Below are positions 9,651-19,300 of a DNA stretch of 64,000 nucleotides, piece by piece. Source of the stretch: Chloroflexota bacterium. GTDB lineage: Bacteria; Chloroflexota; UBA11872; VXOZ01. How positions within the stretch are numbered: position 1 is the first letter of the stretch; the number at the start of each line of letters is the position of its first letter. The stretch lies in assembly GCA_963663275.1 (NCBI GenBank), contig OY760183.1:608001-672000 (forward strand), in the 5' to 3' direction. Made by a program: the position numbers and the translations under genes. The notes under the pieces are model-generated. The model worked only from the letters and a program-made list of their open reading frames with translations. It searched no databases and was not told the origin of the DNA.

Positions 9651-9878
9651 GGCGGAGTTCGCGCCGCAGGCGGAGTTCGCGCCGCAGGCGGAGTTCGCGC
9701 CGCAGGCGGAGTTCGCGCCGCAGGCGGAGTTCGCGCCGCAGGCGGAGTTCGCGCCGCAGGCGGAGTTCGCGCCGCAGGCGGAGTTCGCGCTACAGGCGGG
9801 GTTCACGCCACAGGCGGAGTTCGCGCTACAGGCGGGGTTCACGCCACAGGCGGAGTTCACGCCACAGGCGGAGTTCGC
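9651..9878. repeat. 18-bp tandem array GGCGGAGTTCGCGCCGCA, 12 full units plus a partial
   Basis: Exact 18-bp period; the first seven units are identical and later ones diverge. Confidence 0.95.
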
Positions 9879-9993
9879 TTGCGGGCGCGGCGCGCGCCCG
9901 CGTCGATCGATCCCGCTCGCCGCGCATCAAGGGGATGCCACGCTCGATCGACCGCCGGCACGCAGTAGCAATTGGATTCGGGGCCGCTCCGGC

Positions 9994-11301
9994 ATGTTCG
10001 ATTTCATACACGCAAGCGCCGCTTCAGACCGCACCCGCAGTTTCCGGCGGAACGTGTGGATATTCTTCGCCCTGAAGTTCGTCTGGGGGCTGCGCTGGGG
10101 CACGCTGCTGCCGATTGTCCTGCTCTTCTTCCTGGAACGCGGCATTTCCATCACCGGCTTCATGCTGCTCATGGCCTCCCTCAACCTCTCCAGCGTCGCG
10201 GCCGAACTGCCCACCGGCCTCTTTGCCGACCGCTTCAGCCGCAAGTGGAGCATCTTCGTGGGGGCGTTGCTGGGCTGCGGCGGCGTGCTCGTGCTCGTAT
10301 TCGCCGTTGACTACTATTTCATGTTGGTTGGATTCATGGCCGTCGGCATTGGGGCGGCATTCGCTTCCGGCGCGGACATAGCACTCTTCTACGACTCGAT
10401 CAAAGGCGCGGGCTGGGAAGGGAGATCGCAGCCCTTGCTGGCGCGCGCTTTGGCGATAGAGAACGTCGGCATGGTGAGCGGTATGTTCGTGACGGGCCTC
10501 ATCGTCTCCCAGACCGGGCTAGTCGGCCCCTTCTGGGGCAGCGCCGCCGCGCTCCTCACGGCGGCGGCCATCACGCTGGCGTTCGTGGAGCCGCCCGAGG
10601 CCCGCGCCGCGCCCGCGCCGCGCCAGGCGAACACCTTCCGGGAAAAGTCCCGCGACTACTTCCGGCGCCTCAAGGCGGCAGTCCAGACCGTTACGCACAA
10701 TCCCGAACTGCTGGCGCTGGCAATCGTCTACGTGGTGATGATGCGCGTCCACTTCCTGACCGAGCGTCCGTTTGCGGGGCCGTACCTCGTCGCCCTTGGC
10801 TTCTCCCACGCCCAGCTCGGCTTCCTCTTCATGTTCTACTACGGCGTGATGTCGCTCTTCATGCTCGGCTCCGCCCGCGTGCGCGCGCTGCTGTGGGGCA
10901 GCGAACGGTCCGCGCTGCTTTCACTGGGCATTCTCGGCGCGGTTGCGCTGGTGGTGTTCGTCAACGCGCCGCTGACGCCGGTGGTCATCGTGGGCATGCT
11001 CGGCATCTACGCCATGATCGGCCTGCTCCATCCGCTCATGCTGCAAAGCCTGAACCGCCGCCTGCTTTCGTCGCAGCGGGCTTCCTGCCTCTCCCTGGTG
11101 CATGCCTCCAACTACTCGCTCGGCCTGCTGGTGGGCCCCGCCCTTGCCGCCGTGTCCGACAACATCGACCTGGACACCGGACTGCAGGTCTTCCAGTGGA
11201 CGTTCGCGCCGGTCATGCTGCTGGCGGTCCTGTGGGCCTGGCGCGCCCTGCGCCCCCAAACGCACCGCGAGCCGGCGCCAATCACCCCCGGCGACAGGTA
11301 G
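9994..11301 (+). CDS. MFS transporter
   Basis: ELPTGLFADRFSRK motif A, SGAD..LFYDS, about 12 hydrophobic segments. Confidence 0.9.
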   Translation: MFDFIHASAASDRTRSFRRNVWIFFALKFVWGLRWGTLLPIVLLFFLERGISITGFMLLMASLNLSSVAAELPTGLFADRFSRKWSIFVGALLGCGGVLVLVFAVDYYFMLVGFMAVGIGAAFASGADIALFYDSIKGAGWEGRSQPLLARALAIENVGMVSGMFVTGLIVSQTGLVGPFWGSAAALLTAAAITLAFVEPPEARAAPAPRQANTFREKSRDYFRRLKAAVQTVTHNPELLALAIVYVVMMRVHFLTERPFAGPYLVALGFSHAQLGFLFMFYYGVMSLFMLGSARVRALLWGSERSALLSLGILGAVALVVFVNAPLTPVVIVGMLGIYAMIGLLHPLMLQSLNRRLLSSQRASCLSLVHASNYSLGLLVGPALAAVSDNIDLDTGLQVFQWTFAPVMLLAVLWAWRALRPQTHREPAPITPGDR

Positions 11302-11413
11302 CGGCCCGTTGCCCCCCTACCCCGCCATCCTCATCTCCGGTAACCATATCCCGTCCGTCTTTTCTCCAGTAGCCTCATTTCCGTTCGTCGTATCTCCGGA
11401 CGCCACTTTTCCG

Positions 11414-11851
11414 GTAGCGCAGGTTTGTAACCTGCGTCCCCGTTGTTGATGGATCAACGTTCCCGACCGTCTCCTCACCTATTCCGTCCTCAAAACCCGC
11501 GTAGGGGCACGACATGTCGTGCCCCTACGCCGTTTCAGCCACAACCGAGGCCACTCAAATCAAGCGCGAAGTTACTCGCGATTGCCTTCCGCTTGAATGC
11601 CACACCATTGGAGACTAGCCACTCACCCATCCGGCGGGGACAAGAAAGATGCTTATGGAACGGATTGACCCTACGGAAGACGCAGGTTACAAACCTGCGC
11701 TACCGGAGAAACGAGCGTAATTTTCATTCTCATCGCGTTTTATGCGACAACATTAGGGGCAAGCCCCCGCGCTACTCTTGCCCCTTCTCCCTGGGGAGAG
11801 GGCCGGGGTGAGGGGAATGCACACCCGGCGGGGGACAAGCCCCCGCGCTAC
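11414..11851. repeat. mosaic REP cluster (family B GTAGCGCAGGTTTGTAACCTGCG, family C GTAGGGGCACGACATGTCGTGCCCCTAC, family A and the CCCTCTCCC repeat)
   Basis: Family B at 11414 and inverted near 11680; family C is a perfect 28-bp palindrome at 11501-11528, also at 17785, 40261, 44118 and 47575. Confidence 0.9.
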
Positions 11852-12037
11852 AGGTGCCATTGCATATGATTATCTCTACAAAGGTGAGGATGGCAGATTC
11901 TTTGTTGAGATCCTGGCAAACAGCAAGTCCTTCCAATTACAGTGCTGTAGCGTAAAGCTAGCGTCGGGAATTGAGTAAGACCTTGAATTCTTAGGGCCCA
12001 AGTAGCTGACTGGCCAGTATATCCATGCCCAAGTAGT

Positions 12038-12280
12038 CTATGCTTCCTCTAATTCCTCCAGTTTAGCTTCTCCCAAAGGTGTCATGAACTTGAACATATA
12101 GCTAGGCGTTGGGTGATCATGGGTAACGATTTTGTCTGCTTCGACATAGCCATTGTCCCTACAAATCCCCACCAAGGTGCTGACACTCTCCTCACCATAT
12201 ATCGCATCCAGTTCGTGCTGCCTTCCACCGTCTGCGAAATGTCGCAGCATCACTTTGTAAGATAACGGTTCGCGTTGCAT
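12038..12280 (-). CDS. small hypothetical protein (YjcQ/DUF2513-like winged helix)
   Basis: 80 aa with purine-rich RBS; DNGYVE...MTPLGEAKL resembles wHTH C-termini; low-GC patch. Confidence 0.5.
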   Translation of the reverse strand: MQREPLSYKVMLRHFADGGRQHELDAIYGEESVSTLVGICRDNGYVEADKIVTHDHPTPSYMFKFMTPLGEAKLEELEEA

Positions 12281-12356
12281 TCTTTGCCTTTCCTTCTAAA
12301 CAAATCTGACGTTCGAGAGCAGTTCTCGCAACTTATACGTCTCAGCCAGTCTTTGT

Positions 12357-13214
12357 TCATTCTACACCGCGATAAGACTCTTCCGCCAACAGCCGGTCCA
12401 CCAGCGTCTCCAGGTCTTCATCCGCATAGAAGTGGATGCGGATCGTGCCCTGCTTGCCGCGGCGCTTGATTTCCACCTTCGTGGCCAGCGCGCGCCGGAG
12501 CAGGTCCTCCCACTCGGCGCTGCGCGGGTCCGCCGGCCTGGCGCGGGCAGACCTTGACGGCCCCAGCAGCCGTTGTACCAGCCGCTCGGTCTGGCGCACG
12601 TTCAGACCCCGTTCTTCAATCTCATGCAGCGCCGCAATCTGCTTCTCGGGCGTGAGCCGCAGCAGGGCGCGGGCGTGGCCCTCGCTGATCGTATCGGCGG
12701 CCAGGGCCTCTTTCACCGCGGCGGCCAGGTTGAGCAGGCGCAGCGTATTGGCCACGGCGGAGCGGCTCTTGCCCACCCGCGCCGCCACCTGCTCCTGGGT
12801 GATGCCGAATTCGCTTATCAGCGCGGCATAGGCCTCGGCGGTTTCCAGCGGCGAGAGGCTTGCCCGTTGGAGGTTTTCCACCAGCGCCAGTTCCAGCGCC
12901 TCGCGGCTGCCGGTAGGCCGGATCAGCGCGGGTATCGTGGCCAGTCCCGCTTGCCGGGCGGCCCGCCAGCGGCGCTCGCCGACGATAAGCTGATACGCGC
13001 CCGCTTCCGGTTGGCGGCTGACCACCACCGGCTGCAGGATGCCGTGCGCGCGGATGGAATCGGCAAGCTCCGCCAGATCGTCTTCCGCGAACGTCTGGCG
13101 CGGCTGCAGCGGATTGGGATGAATGCGCTCCACCGGCACGTCTTGCAGACCCGATTCCGGCAGCAATGCCTCGAGACCGCGTCCTAAGCCACCTCTACGC
13201 GACACGCTTGCCAA
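12357..13214 (-). CDS. parB: ParB/Spo0J chromosome partitioning protein
   Basis: GLGRGLEALL, NPLQPR, GERRWRA, ENLQR, GKSRSAVANTLRLL. Confidence 0.97.
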   Translation of the reverse strand: MASVSRRGGLGRGLEALLPESGLQDVPVERIHPNPLQPRQTFAEDDLAELADSIRAHGILQPVVVSRQPEAGAYQLIVGERRWRAARQAGLATIPALIRPTGSREALELALVENLQRASLSPLETAEAYAALISEFGITQEQVAARVGKSRSAVANTLRLLNLAAAVKEALAADTISEGHARALLRLTPEKQIAALHEIEERGLNVRQTERLVQRLLGPSRSARARPADPRSAEWEDLLRRALATKVEIKRRGKQGTIRIHFYADEDLETLVDRLLAEESYRGVE

Positions 13215-13274
13215 CCTCCTTCACATCCTGATCGGCGGTAAACGGCCTTCTCGCCAGCAAGACACAATGCCGCC

Positions 13275-14033
13275 TCACGAGGCTGCCAGGACTTCCTCCG
13301 CCAGGCGGCGATAGCCCTCGGCCCCTCTGGAAAACGGATCGTACGCCAGAATGGTGCGCCCGTGGCTGGGCGCTTCCGCCAGGCGCACGTTGCGGGCAAT
13401 CACGGTCTCGAACACCTGCCCGGGAAAGTGAGACCGCACCTCGTCCTGCACTTGCTGCGCCAGGCGCGTGCGCGCGTCGAACATGGTCATGAGCAGGCGC
13501 ACCCGGCCCAGCGTCGGGTGCAGACCGCCGCGCACCCGGCGCACCGTATCCAGCAGTTGCGCCAGTCCTTCCAGCGCCAGGTATTCGCACTGCACCGGCA
13601 GGATCACCTCATCCGCGGCGCAGAGGCCGTTCACCGTGAGCATGCCCAGCGACGGCGGACAATCGATCAGCACGTAGGCATAGGCGTCGCGCAGCGGCGC
13701 GAGCGCGGCGCGCAGGAGATACTCGCGCTCCGGCAGTTCCGCGGCCTCCGCCTCCAGGCCCGCCAGCGCCGGGCTGGAAGGCAGCACCCGCAGATTTGGC
13801 GCGTCCGCCACGGGCACGATGAGATCCTGCGCCGCCACCCGGCCCCGCAGCGCGTGGTAGATGCTGGGATCCTCTTTCTCGATGCCCAACCCGCCGGTGG
13901 CGTTCGCCTGCGGGTCCAGGTCCACCAGCAGCACGGCCTGCCGGTGCAACGCCAGGTACGCGCCCACGTTGACAGCCGTGGTCGTCTTGCCCACGCCGCC
14001 TTTTTGATTGGCAATCGCGATAACCGTGCTCAT
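13275..14033 (-). CDS. parA: ParA/Soj ATPase
   Basis: NQKGGVGKTTT, DLDPQANAT, IDCPPSLG, QCEYLALEG, EAPSHG. Confidence 0.97.
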   Translation of the reverse strand: MSTVIAIANQKGGVGKTTTAVNVGAYLALHRQAVLLVDLDPQANATGGLGIEKEDPSIYHALRGRVAAQDLIVPVADAPNLRVLPSSPALAGLEAEAAELPEREYLLRAALAPLRDAYAYVLIDCPPSLGMLTVNGLCAADEVILPVQCEYLALEGLAQLLDTVRRVRGGLHPTLGRVRLLMTMFDARTRLAQQVQDEVRSHFPGQVFETVIARNVRLAEAPSHGRTILAYDPFSRGAEGYRRLAEEVLAAS

Positions 14034-14133
14034 GGCTGAACCGTACGTATAGCCGGCGGCAGGGCGTTTGCGGGCACGGCCTTGCACACGGCGGCGTCTC
14101 GGCGGAACCGGCGCATCGAGAACCGGCCGCGCG

Positions 14134-15165
14134 CTAGGTCAGCGACACCACGCGGTCGTGGCGCGCGGCCTCGTAGAATGCCAGGCAGACCGCCAGGTTG
14201 CGGCGTCCGTCTTCCACCGTGGCCGGCAGCGGCGCGCCGAGCAGCGCGTGATCGACCATCGCGGCGACGCTGTTTCCGCTTGCACTCGCCGCGTTCTCGG
14301 AGAGCACCCAGCCCTGCCAGGGCGCAAAGTTGCCCCGCACCGCCAGCTTGCCGGAGATGCCGTCCGTGGCGATCTGCCCCTCTGTGCCGACCAGGTGAAA
14401 GGCGTGCATGCCCGACTGCGGGCCGCTGGACCAGGTGACCTCCAGCGTTGCCACGAAACCGTTGTCGAAGGTGAGCGTGGCTACGCCGAAGTCTTCCAGC
14501 GGAATATCTTTGTGCACCAGGTTCGCGGTTGCGCCGGTCACCCGCGCGACCTCCGCCCGCAACAGCGTGCGCAGCGCGTGGACGTCGTAGATGGCGTGGT
14601 CGATCCAGCCGCCGCCGGGCGCTTTGCTCGCGTCCAGCCACCAGGTGCGCGCCACGTGCACGCCGGGCCACTCCTGCGTGGGCAGGCCGCCGCGCCGGAT
14701 TACGGCGGCGCTGATGGGAGCACCGATGCGCCCTTCTTCCAGCCACTGGGCGTATTGCCGGGTCGCGCCGCCGCTTGCCTGAACGGCCTCCAGCGGGTAG
14801 AAGCCGACGCCGGCCGCGTTGACCGCCGCCGCCACCGCGTCGGCCTCCGCCAGCGTGAGCGCCATGGGCTTGACGCAAATGATGTGCTTGCCGTAGCGCG
14901 CCGCCTCCTGGCAGAGCGCGGGCGCTTCCGCCGTGGTGCACGCCGCCACGACCACGTCCACGTCGTCCCGCCGCGCGATTTCGGCGTAATCGTCTGTAAT
15001 GGCGGGAATCGCGTACTCGCCGGCGATCGCCTCCAGGTACGCGGTCTTGCGGTGCGCCGCCGCCGTCACGACCGCCTGCTTGTTCCCGGCAATGCCCCGC
15101 AGCGCCGCAAACCCGGCGTACCAGTGGTCCATTCCCGCTATGCCAAAGCGCACTTCCGCAGACAC
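14134..15165 (-). CDS. Gfo/Idh/MocA family oxidoreductase
   Basis: GKHIICVKPMA (EKP-like), GGGWIDHAIY, LEDFG. Confidence 0.85.
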   Translation of the reverse strand: MSAEVRFGIAGMDHWYAGFAALRGIAGNKQAVVTAAAHRKTAYLEAIAGEYAIPAITDDYAEIARRDDVDVVVAACTTAEAPALCQEAARYGKHIICVKPMALTLAEADAVAAAVNAAGVGFYPLEAVQASGGATRQYAQWLEEGRIGAPISAAVIRRGGLPTQEWPGVHVARTWWLDASKAPGGGWIDHAIYDVHALRTLLRAEVARVTGATANLVHKDIPLEDFGVATLTFDNGFVATLEVTWSSGPQSGMHAFHLVGTEGQIATDGISGKLAVRGNFAPWQGWVLSENAASASGNSVAAMVDHALLGAPLPATVEDGRRNLAVCLAFYEAARHDRVVSLT

Positions 15166-15341
15166 CGGCGTATCCTCTCGTTTTCGGCTGGTCTTCACGC
15201 TCGCTTCATCTCCGTATACCGTACTACACCCAGTGGCGCAGTGCTAATGGCGTGTACCAGGCAGGGAGTTTCGTGGTCCGACATCGTTTGCAATGCTGGG
15301 CGGTTGCGCGTGGCGTTGCGGGCCCGCAAGACGGTAAGGAC

Positions 15342-15510
15342 GCGCGGGTTGCAAATCTTCTACGAGTGCGCAGGTTACAAACCTACGCCACCGGAACGCA
15401 GGTCGCCAATCTACTGCCGGAGCGCAGGTTACAAACCTACGCTACCGGAACGCAGGTTGCAAACCTGCGCTACCGGACACGCGGGGTGCAAACCTACGCT
15501 ACCGGAGCGC
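15342..15510 (-). repeat. tandem array of about 6 degenerate REP family B units (about 27 bp)
   Basis: Repeated CGCAGGTTACAAACCTACGCTACCGGA. Confidence 0.85.
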
Positions 15511-15549
15511 CTATCCATCGAGACGGAGGTGTCGCGCTCCTGGTTTCTC

Positions 15550-16617
15550 TCATCGAGCCTCTCCGTCCCAGTAGTCCACGGCGTCGTCTTTGCGGAAGAT
15601 GCGGCGCACGGAGCGCATGTTCACCTTATTGGAGTTAGGGTATTCGCTCACGTCGGCGGGAACCACGTTGCTCAGGAGCAGCAGCGTACAGGGCGCGGCG
15701 CTTTCGTTGACGTACTGGTGGTCGCCGTTGGGCCCGGGCGGATACGCGAAGAAATCCCCCGCCCGCGCAGCCACGTCGCCGCGGGAAGTGCGCACGGTGC
15801 ATTCCCCTTCCAGTACCACCCCAAGTTCCTCCTCATGGTGATGGAAGTGGAGCGGAAAAGCCGTCTTGCCCGGCTTGAGGCGAACCACCTGATACCCCAG
15901 GTGGCGGGCGCCGATCAGCGGATCGACGTTCTTGAAATCATAGACGTAGTCCTCAGGCGCATCCAGGGTGATCCACGGAATCTCATCCAGGTTGACGCGG
16001 TTGATGTAGACGTCCGTGCGCGCCTCCAGCATGGACAGGAGCGCGTCGCGGGCGCCGCGCAGGATGGAGTGGCCGTCGCCGAGCAGCAGCGCGTCGAGAT
16101 TCCGCTCCGCCAGCAACTTGCGCAGTTGCAGCGCCGCTTGCGCCGGGTCCGCCACGGCCGGTTCCGCGCCTAACGCCAGCGAGCCTACCGGATGACCCCA
16201 CACGTAGTCGCCAATGAAAGCCACGCTGCCGTCGCGCCAGAGCAGCGCGATTTCGCCCGGACTCTTGCCGTGCGCCAGGTGCAAGACCCGCAGGTCGGGC
16301 ACGATATCCTCGCCGTCGGCCACCGCGCGGTCTACGGTCAGCCCAAAGAGCGGCGCGTCGGCCTCGTGCGCCACGATTTGCGCGCCGGTGCGTTCCTGTA
16401 AGGCCGCCGCGTCCCGTTCGTGATCGCGGTTGGTCAGGACGATGAGCGCCGCGCCGCCCAGCGCGTCCAATTGCCTGGCGTCGCTTTCGTTCATGGGCAC
16501 GGGGTCGATGAGGATATTGCCCGCTTCTCGTACCCAGAGATAGCCGTTGAAGTCGAACTGCTTCTCCTCGTTGAAAACCGACCAGGTGTAGAGATCGTCG
16601 AACATCACCCGCTTCAC
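15550..16617 (-). CDS. metallo-beta-lactamase-fold plus cupin fusion protein
   Basis: N-terminal LIDP, TNRDH, HGKSPG, GD, GDG (MBL fold); C-terminal HFHHHEEE...GDHQYVN cupin. Confidence 0.8.
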   Translation of the reverse strand: MKRVMFDDLYTWSVFNEEKQFDFNGYLWVREAGNILIDPVPMNESDARQLDALGGAALIVLTNRDHERDAAALQERTGAQIVAHEADAPLFGLTVDRAVADGEDIVPDLRVLHLAHGKSPGEIALLWRDGSVAFIGDYVWGHPVGSLALGAEPAVADPAQAALQLRKLLAERNLDALLLGDGHSILRGARDALLSMLEARTDVYINRVNLDEIPWITLDAPEDYVYDFKNVDPLIGARHLGYQVVRLKPGKTAFPLHFHHHEEELGVVLEGECTVRTSRGDVAARAGDFFAYPPGPNGDHQYVNESAAPCTLLLLSNVVPADVSEYPNSNKVNMRSVRRIFRKDDAVDYWDGEAR

Positions 16618-16704
16618 TATGAACGCTCCTTACTCGCGCTGAGACTGCCAATGCACATGATATACTGAATCACCGCCAAACTACGCACCACCGGAGGCGC
16701 ATCC

Positions 16705-17745
16705 GTGGACATGCTTACCCGCGCTACCCTGCCGGCAGACATCGCCGATGAAGACGCCCTGGAAGAGTTGCTCTCGCGCCCCAGCCAGGCGCTGGTAGAC
16801 GACTTGCAGCGTCTCGACGGCGACATTCTCATACTCGGTGTCGGCGGCAAGGTGGGGCCGACGCTGGCGCGACTGGCCAAGCGCGCCGCCCCTGAAAAGC
16901 AAATCGTCGGCGTGGCGCGCTTCAGCGCTCCCGCCGTGCGGGCGCGCCTGGAGGCCTGGGGCGTCGAGACCATCGCCTGCGACCTGCTGGACCGCGCGGC
17001 GGTGGCCGCCCTGCCGCGCCTGCCCAACGTGGTCTACATGGCGGGCAAGAAGTTCGGCACGACGGCGGATCCGGCCTTCACCTGGGCCATGAACACCCAC
17101 GTGCCGGCCATCGTGGCCGAGACCTTCCGTCACTCCCGCATCGCGGCCTTTTCCACGCTCTGCGTCTATCCCTACGCGCCGGTGGACGGTGACGGCTGGG
17201 ATGAATCGGCAGCGACGGAACCGGTGGGCGAGTACGCCAACTCCTGCGTGGGGCGCGAGCGCGTCTTCCAACACTTTTCGCGGCAGCACGGCACGCCGGG
17301 ACGCCTGCTGCGGCTCAACTACGCCATCGACATGCGCTACGGCGTGCTGCACGACGTGGCCCGCCGGGTGCGCGCCGGCTCACCGGCGCCGCTGGCGATG
17401 GGACACGTGAACGTCATCTGGCAGGGCGACGCCGGCAGCCAGGCCCTGCGCGCGCTGCTGCACTGCACAACGCCCACGACGCCTCTGAATATCGGCGGGC
17501 CCGCGGCGACAAGCATTCGCGCCCTGGCCCACGCTTTCGGCAAGCGGTTCAACCGGACGCCGCGGTTCGCCGGCTCGGAGTCGGAAACCGCCTGGCTGAA
17601 CAGCACGGCGCAGGCGCAACGGCTTTTCGGCCCACCGCTCGTGCCCCTGGAGACGATGATCGAGTGGACCGCAGCCTGGCTGGAGCGCGGCCTGCCGGCC
17701 TACGCATTGCCAACCCGCTTCGAGGTCCGCGACGGTCGGTTCTAG
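16705..17745 (+). CDS. NAD-dependent epimerase/dehydratase
   Basis: GVGGKVG Rossmann motif, MAGKKFG, YANSCVGRE. Confidence 0.85.
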   Translation: MDMLTRATLPADIADEDALEELLSRPSQALVDDLQRLDGDILILGVGGKVGPTLARLAKRAAPEKQIVGVARFSAPAVRARLEAWGVETIACDLLDRAAVAALPRLPNVVYMAGKKFGTTADPAFTWAMNTHVPAIVAETFRHSRIAAFSTLCVYPYAPVDGDGWDESAATEPVGEYANSCVGRERVFQHFSRQHGTPGRLLRLNYAIDMRYGVLHDVARRVRAGSPAPLAMGHVNVIWQGDAGSQALRALLHCTTPTTPLNIGGPAATSIRALAHAFGKRFNRTPRFAGSESETAWLNSTAQAQRLFGPPLVPLETMIEWTAAWLERGLPAYALPTRFEVRDGRF

Positions 17746-18013
17746 GTGGCAATCGGTCGGCTCCCGTGCACTCCGCTCCCCACGGTAGGGGCACGACATG
17801 TCGTGCCCCTACCGGCGTGCGCGTGAAGGTCATTATCCGGAATCGCCGGCGGAACCAAAGCAGCGGCGTGAGACTCTTTCGCGTAAGATGACCTATGGGG
17901 AATCAACAGGCGGCCGCTGGGAACCCGCAGCCGGTGAAACTGCGCGCGGACGCTCTCCAATCCTGACGACACGTATCGGGAAGTCGAACGCACACTACGA
18001 ACGGAGCACACCA

Positions 18014-18484
18014 ATGGCAGACAAGAAACCGCCGAAACGCATTCTGGTGGTTGGCGGCCCCAACCTCAACCTCTTCGGACGCCGCCAGCCGGAGATCTAC
18101 GGCACGGTGACGCTGAATCAGATTCACGCGCAGGTAACGAAAGAGGGCGAAAAGCTCGGCTTCGACGTGGTCTGCTTCCAGTCCAACCACGAAGGCGCGG
18201 TGCTCGACTTCCTGCACGAGAACATCGACAACGCCCAAGGCGCGCTGCTGAATCCGGCCGGCCTCACCCAGTACAGCCCTTCGCTCTTCGACGCGCTGAA
18301 AGCCATGCCGTTTCCGGTGATCGAGGTGCACCTTTCCAACCTGTACGCGCGGGAAGCCTGGCGCGGCCACTCCATCATCTCCGCGGCGGCGCGCGGCGTG
18401 GTGCAAGGCTTCGGCTGGTACGGCTACGTCGTGGCGCTCCACGGCCTGGTGGGGTTGATCAACGAGGTCCAGCCCGACGCGTGA
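18014..18484 (+). CDS. aroQ: type II 3-dehydroquinate dehydratase
   Basis: GPNLNLFGRRQPEIYG, QSNHEG, EVHLSN..ARE. Confidence 0.9.
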   Translation: MADKKPPKRILVVGGPNLNLFGRRQPEIYGTVTLNQIHAQVTKEGEKLGFDVVCFQSNHEGAVLDFLHENIDNAQGALLNPAGLTQYSPSLFDALKAMPFPVIEVHLSNLYAREAWRGHSIISAAARGVVQGFGWYGYVVALHGLVGLINEVQPDA

Positions 18485-18499
18485 GCGGCAACGTTCCTG

Positions 18500-19294
18500 C
18501 TACCGCCACACCGGGCCTTTCTCGAACATGCCCGGTTGTTGTTGCGCGCCGTCCACCGGGACATTCGCGCCGTTGATCCAGCTTCCGGCGGGTGACGCCA
18601 CGAAGACGATCGCCCGCGCCACTTCCTCCGGTGTGCCCAGGCGGCCCAGCGGAAATTCCTCGGTCTCGAACTTGCCGAACCCCTCCGGGTCTTCCTGTTG
18701 GCGCTGCCCCCAGCCGCCGCCGGGAAAGAGGATGGAGCCGGGGCTGACCGTATTCACGCGGATGTTGTCCGGCCCCAGTTCCATGGCCAGCGCGCCGCTC
18801 ACGAACACTTCCGCCGCCTTGGCCGCGCCGTACTGGCTGCCGGGGGCCGGTTTCAGGCCCGAAATAGACGAAATCACCACGATCGAGCCGCCGCCGCGCC
18901 GCCGCATGTGGGGCGCCGCCGCGCGGGACGTACGCACGGCGTGAAAGAGGTTCAGGTCGAACGTGCCGAACCATTCCTCGTCGGTAGAGCCCAATAACCC
19001 CTTGCCCACCGAGCCGCCGACGTTGTTGATGAGGATGTCGATGCCGCCCAGCGCCTCGGCGCCAGACTCTATGAACGCCTCCACCTCCGTACGCTTGGTC
19101 ACGTCCACGGCCATGCCGAAGGCGTTTACGCCATGCGCGCGAATTTCCGCCAACGTCTCTTCCAAGGTTTCGCTGCCGCGGGCGCAGATGGCGACGTCCG
19201 CGCCTTCCGCCGCGAACGTGAGCGCCGTGGAGCGGCCGATACCGCGGCTGCCGCCGGTGACCACGGCTACCTTTCCCGCCAGGCCAAGATCCAT
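18500..19294 (-). CDS. SDR family oxidoreductase
   Basis: TGGSRGIG, NNVG, YGAAK, NTVSPG. Confidence 0.95.
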   Translation of the reverse strand: MDLGLAGKVAVVTGGSRGIGRSTALTFAAEGADVAICARGSETLEETLAEIRAHGVNAFGMAVDVTKRTEVEAFIESGAEALGGIDILINNVGGSVGKGLLGSTDEEWFGTFDLNLFHAVRTSRAAAPHMRRRGGGSIVVISSISGLKPAPGSQYGAAKAAEVFVSGALAMELGPDNIRVNTVSPGSILFPGGGWGQRQQEDPEGFGKFETEEFPLGRLGTPEEVARAIVFVASPAGSWINGANVPVDGAQQQPGMFEKGPVWR

Positions 19295-19300
19295 TGGCTG

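Noticed and set aside
9516-9860. ORFs translating tandem arrays (ANSACG repeats; also 7349-7740, 43747-44370, 51582-52228)
   Set aside because: By-products of DNA repeats, with no RBS or coding signature.
14068-16173. 701-aa plus-strand ORF and similar long antisense ORFs (22544-24052, 38296-40005, 39977-41923, 51888-53276, 53404-54996, 59793-61577)
   Set aside because: These are shadow frames opposite well-supported genes, expected in high-GC DNA, with no recognisable motifs.
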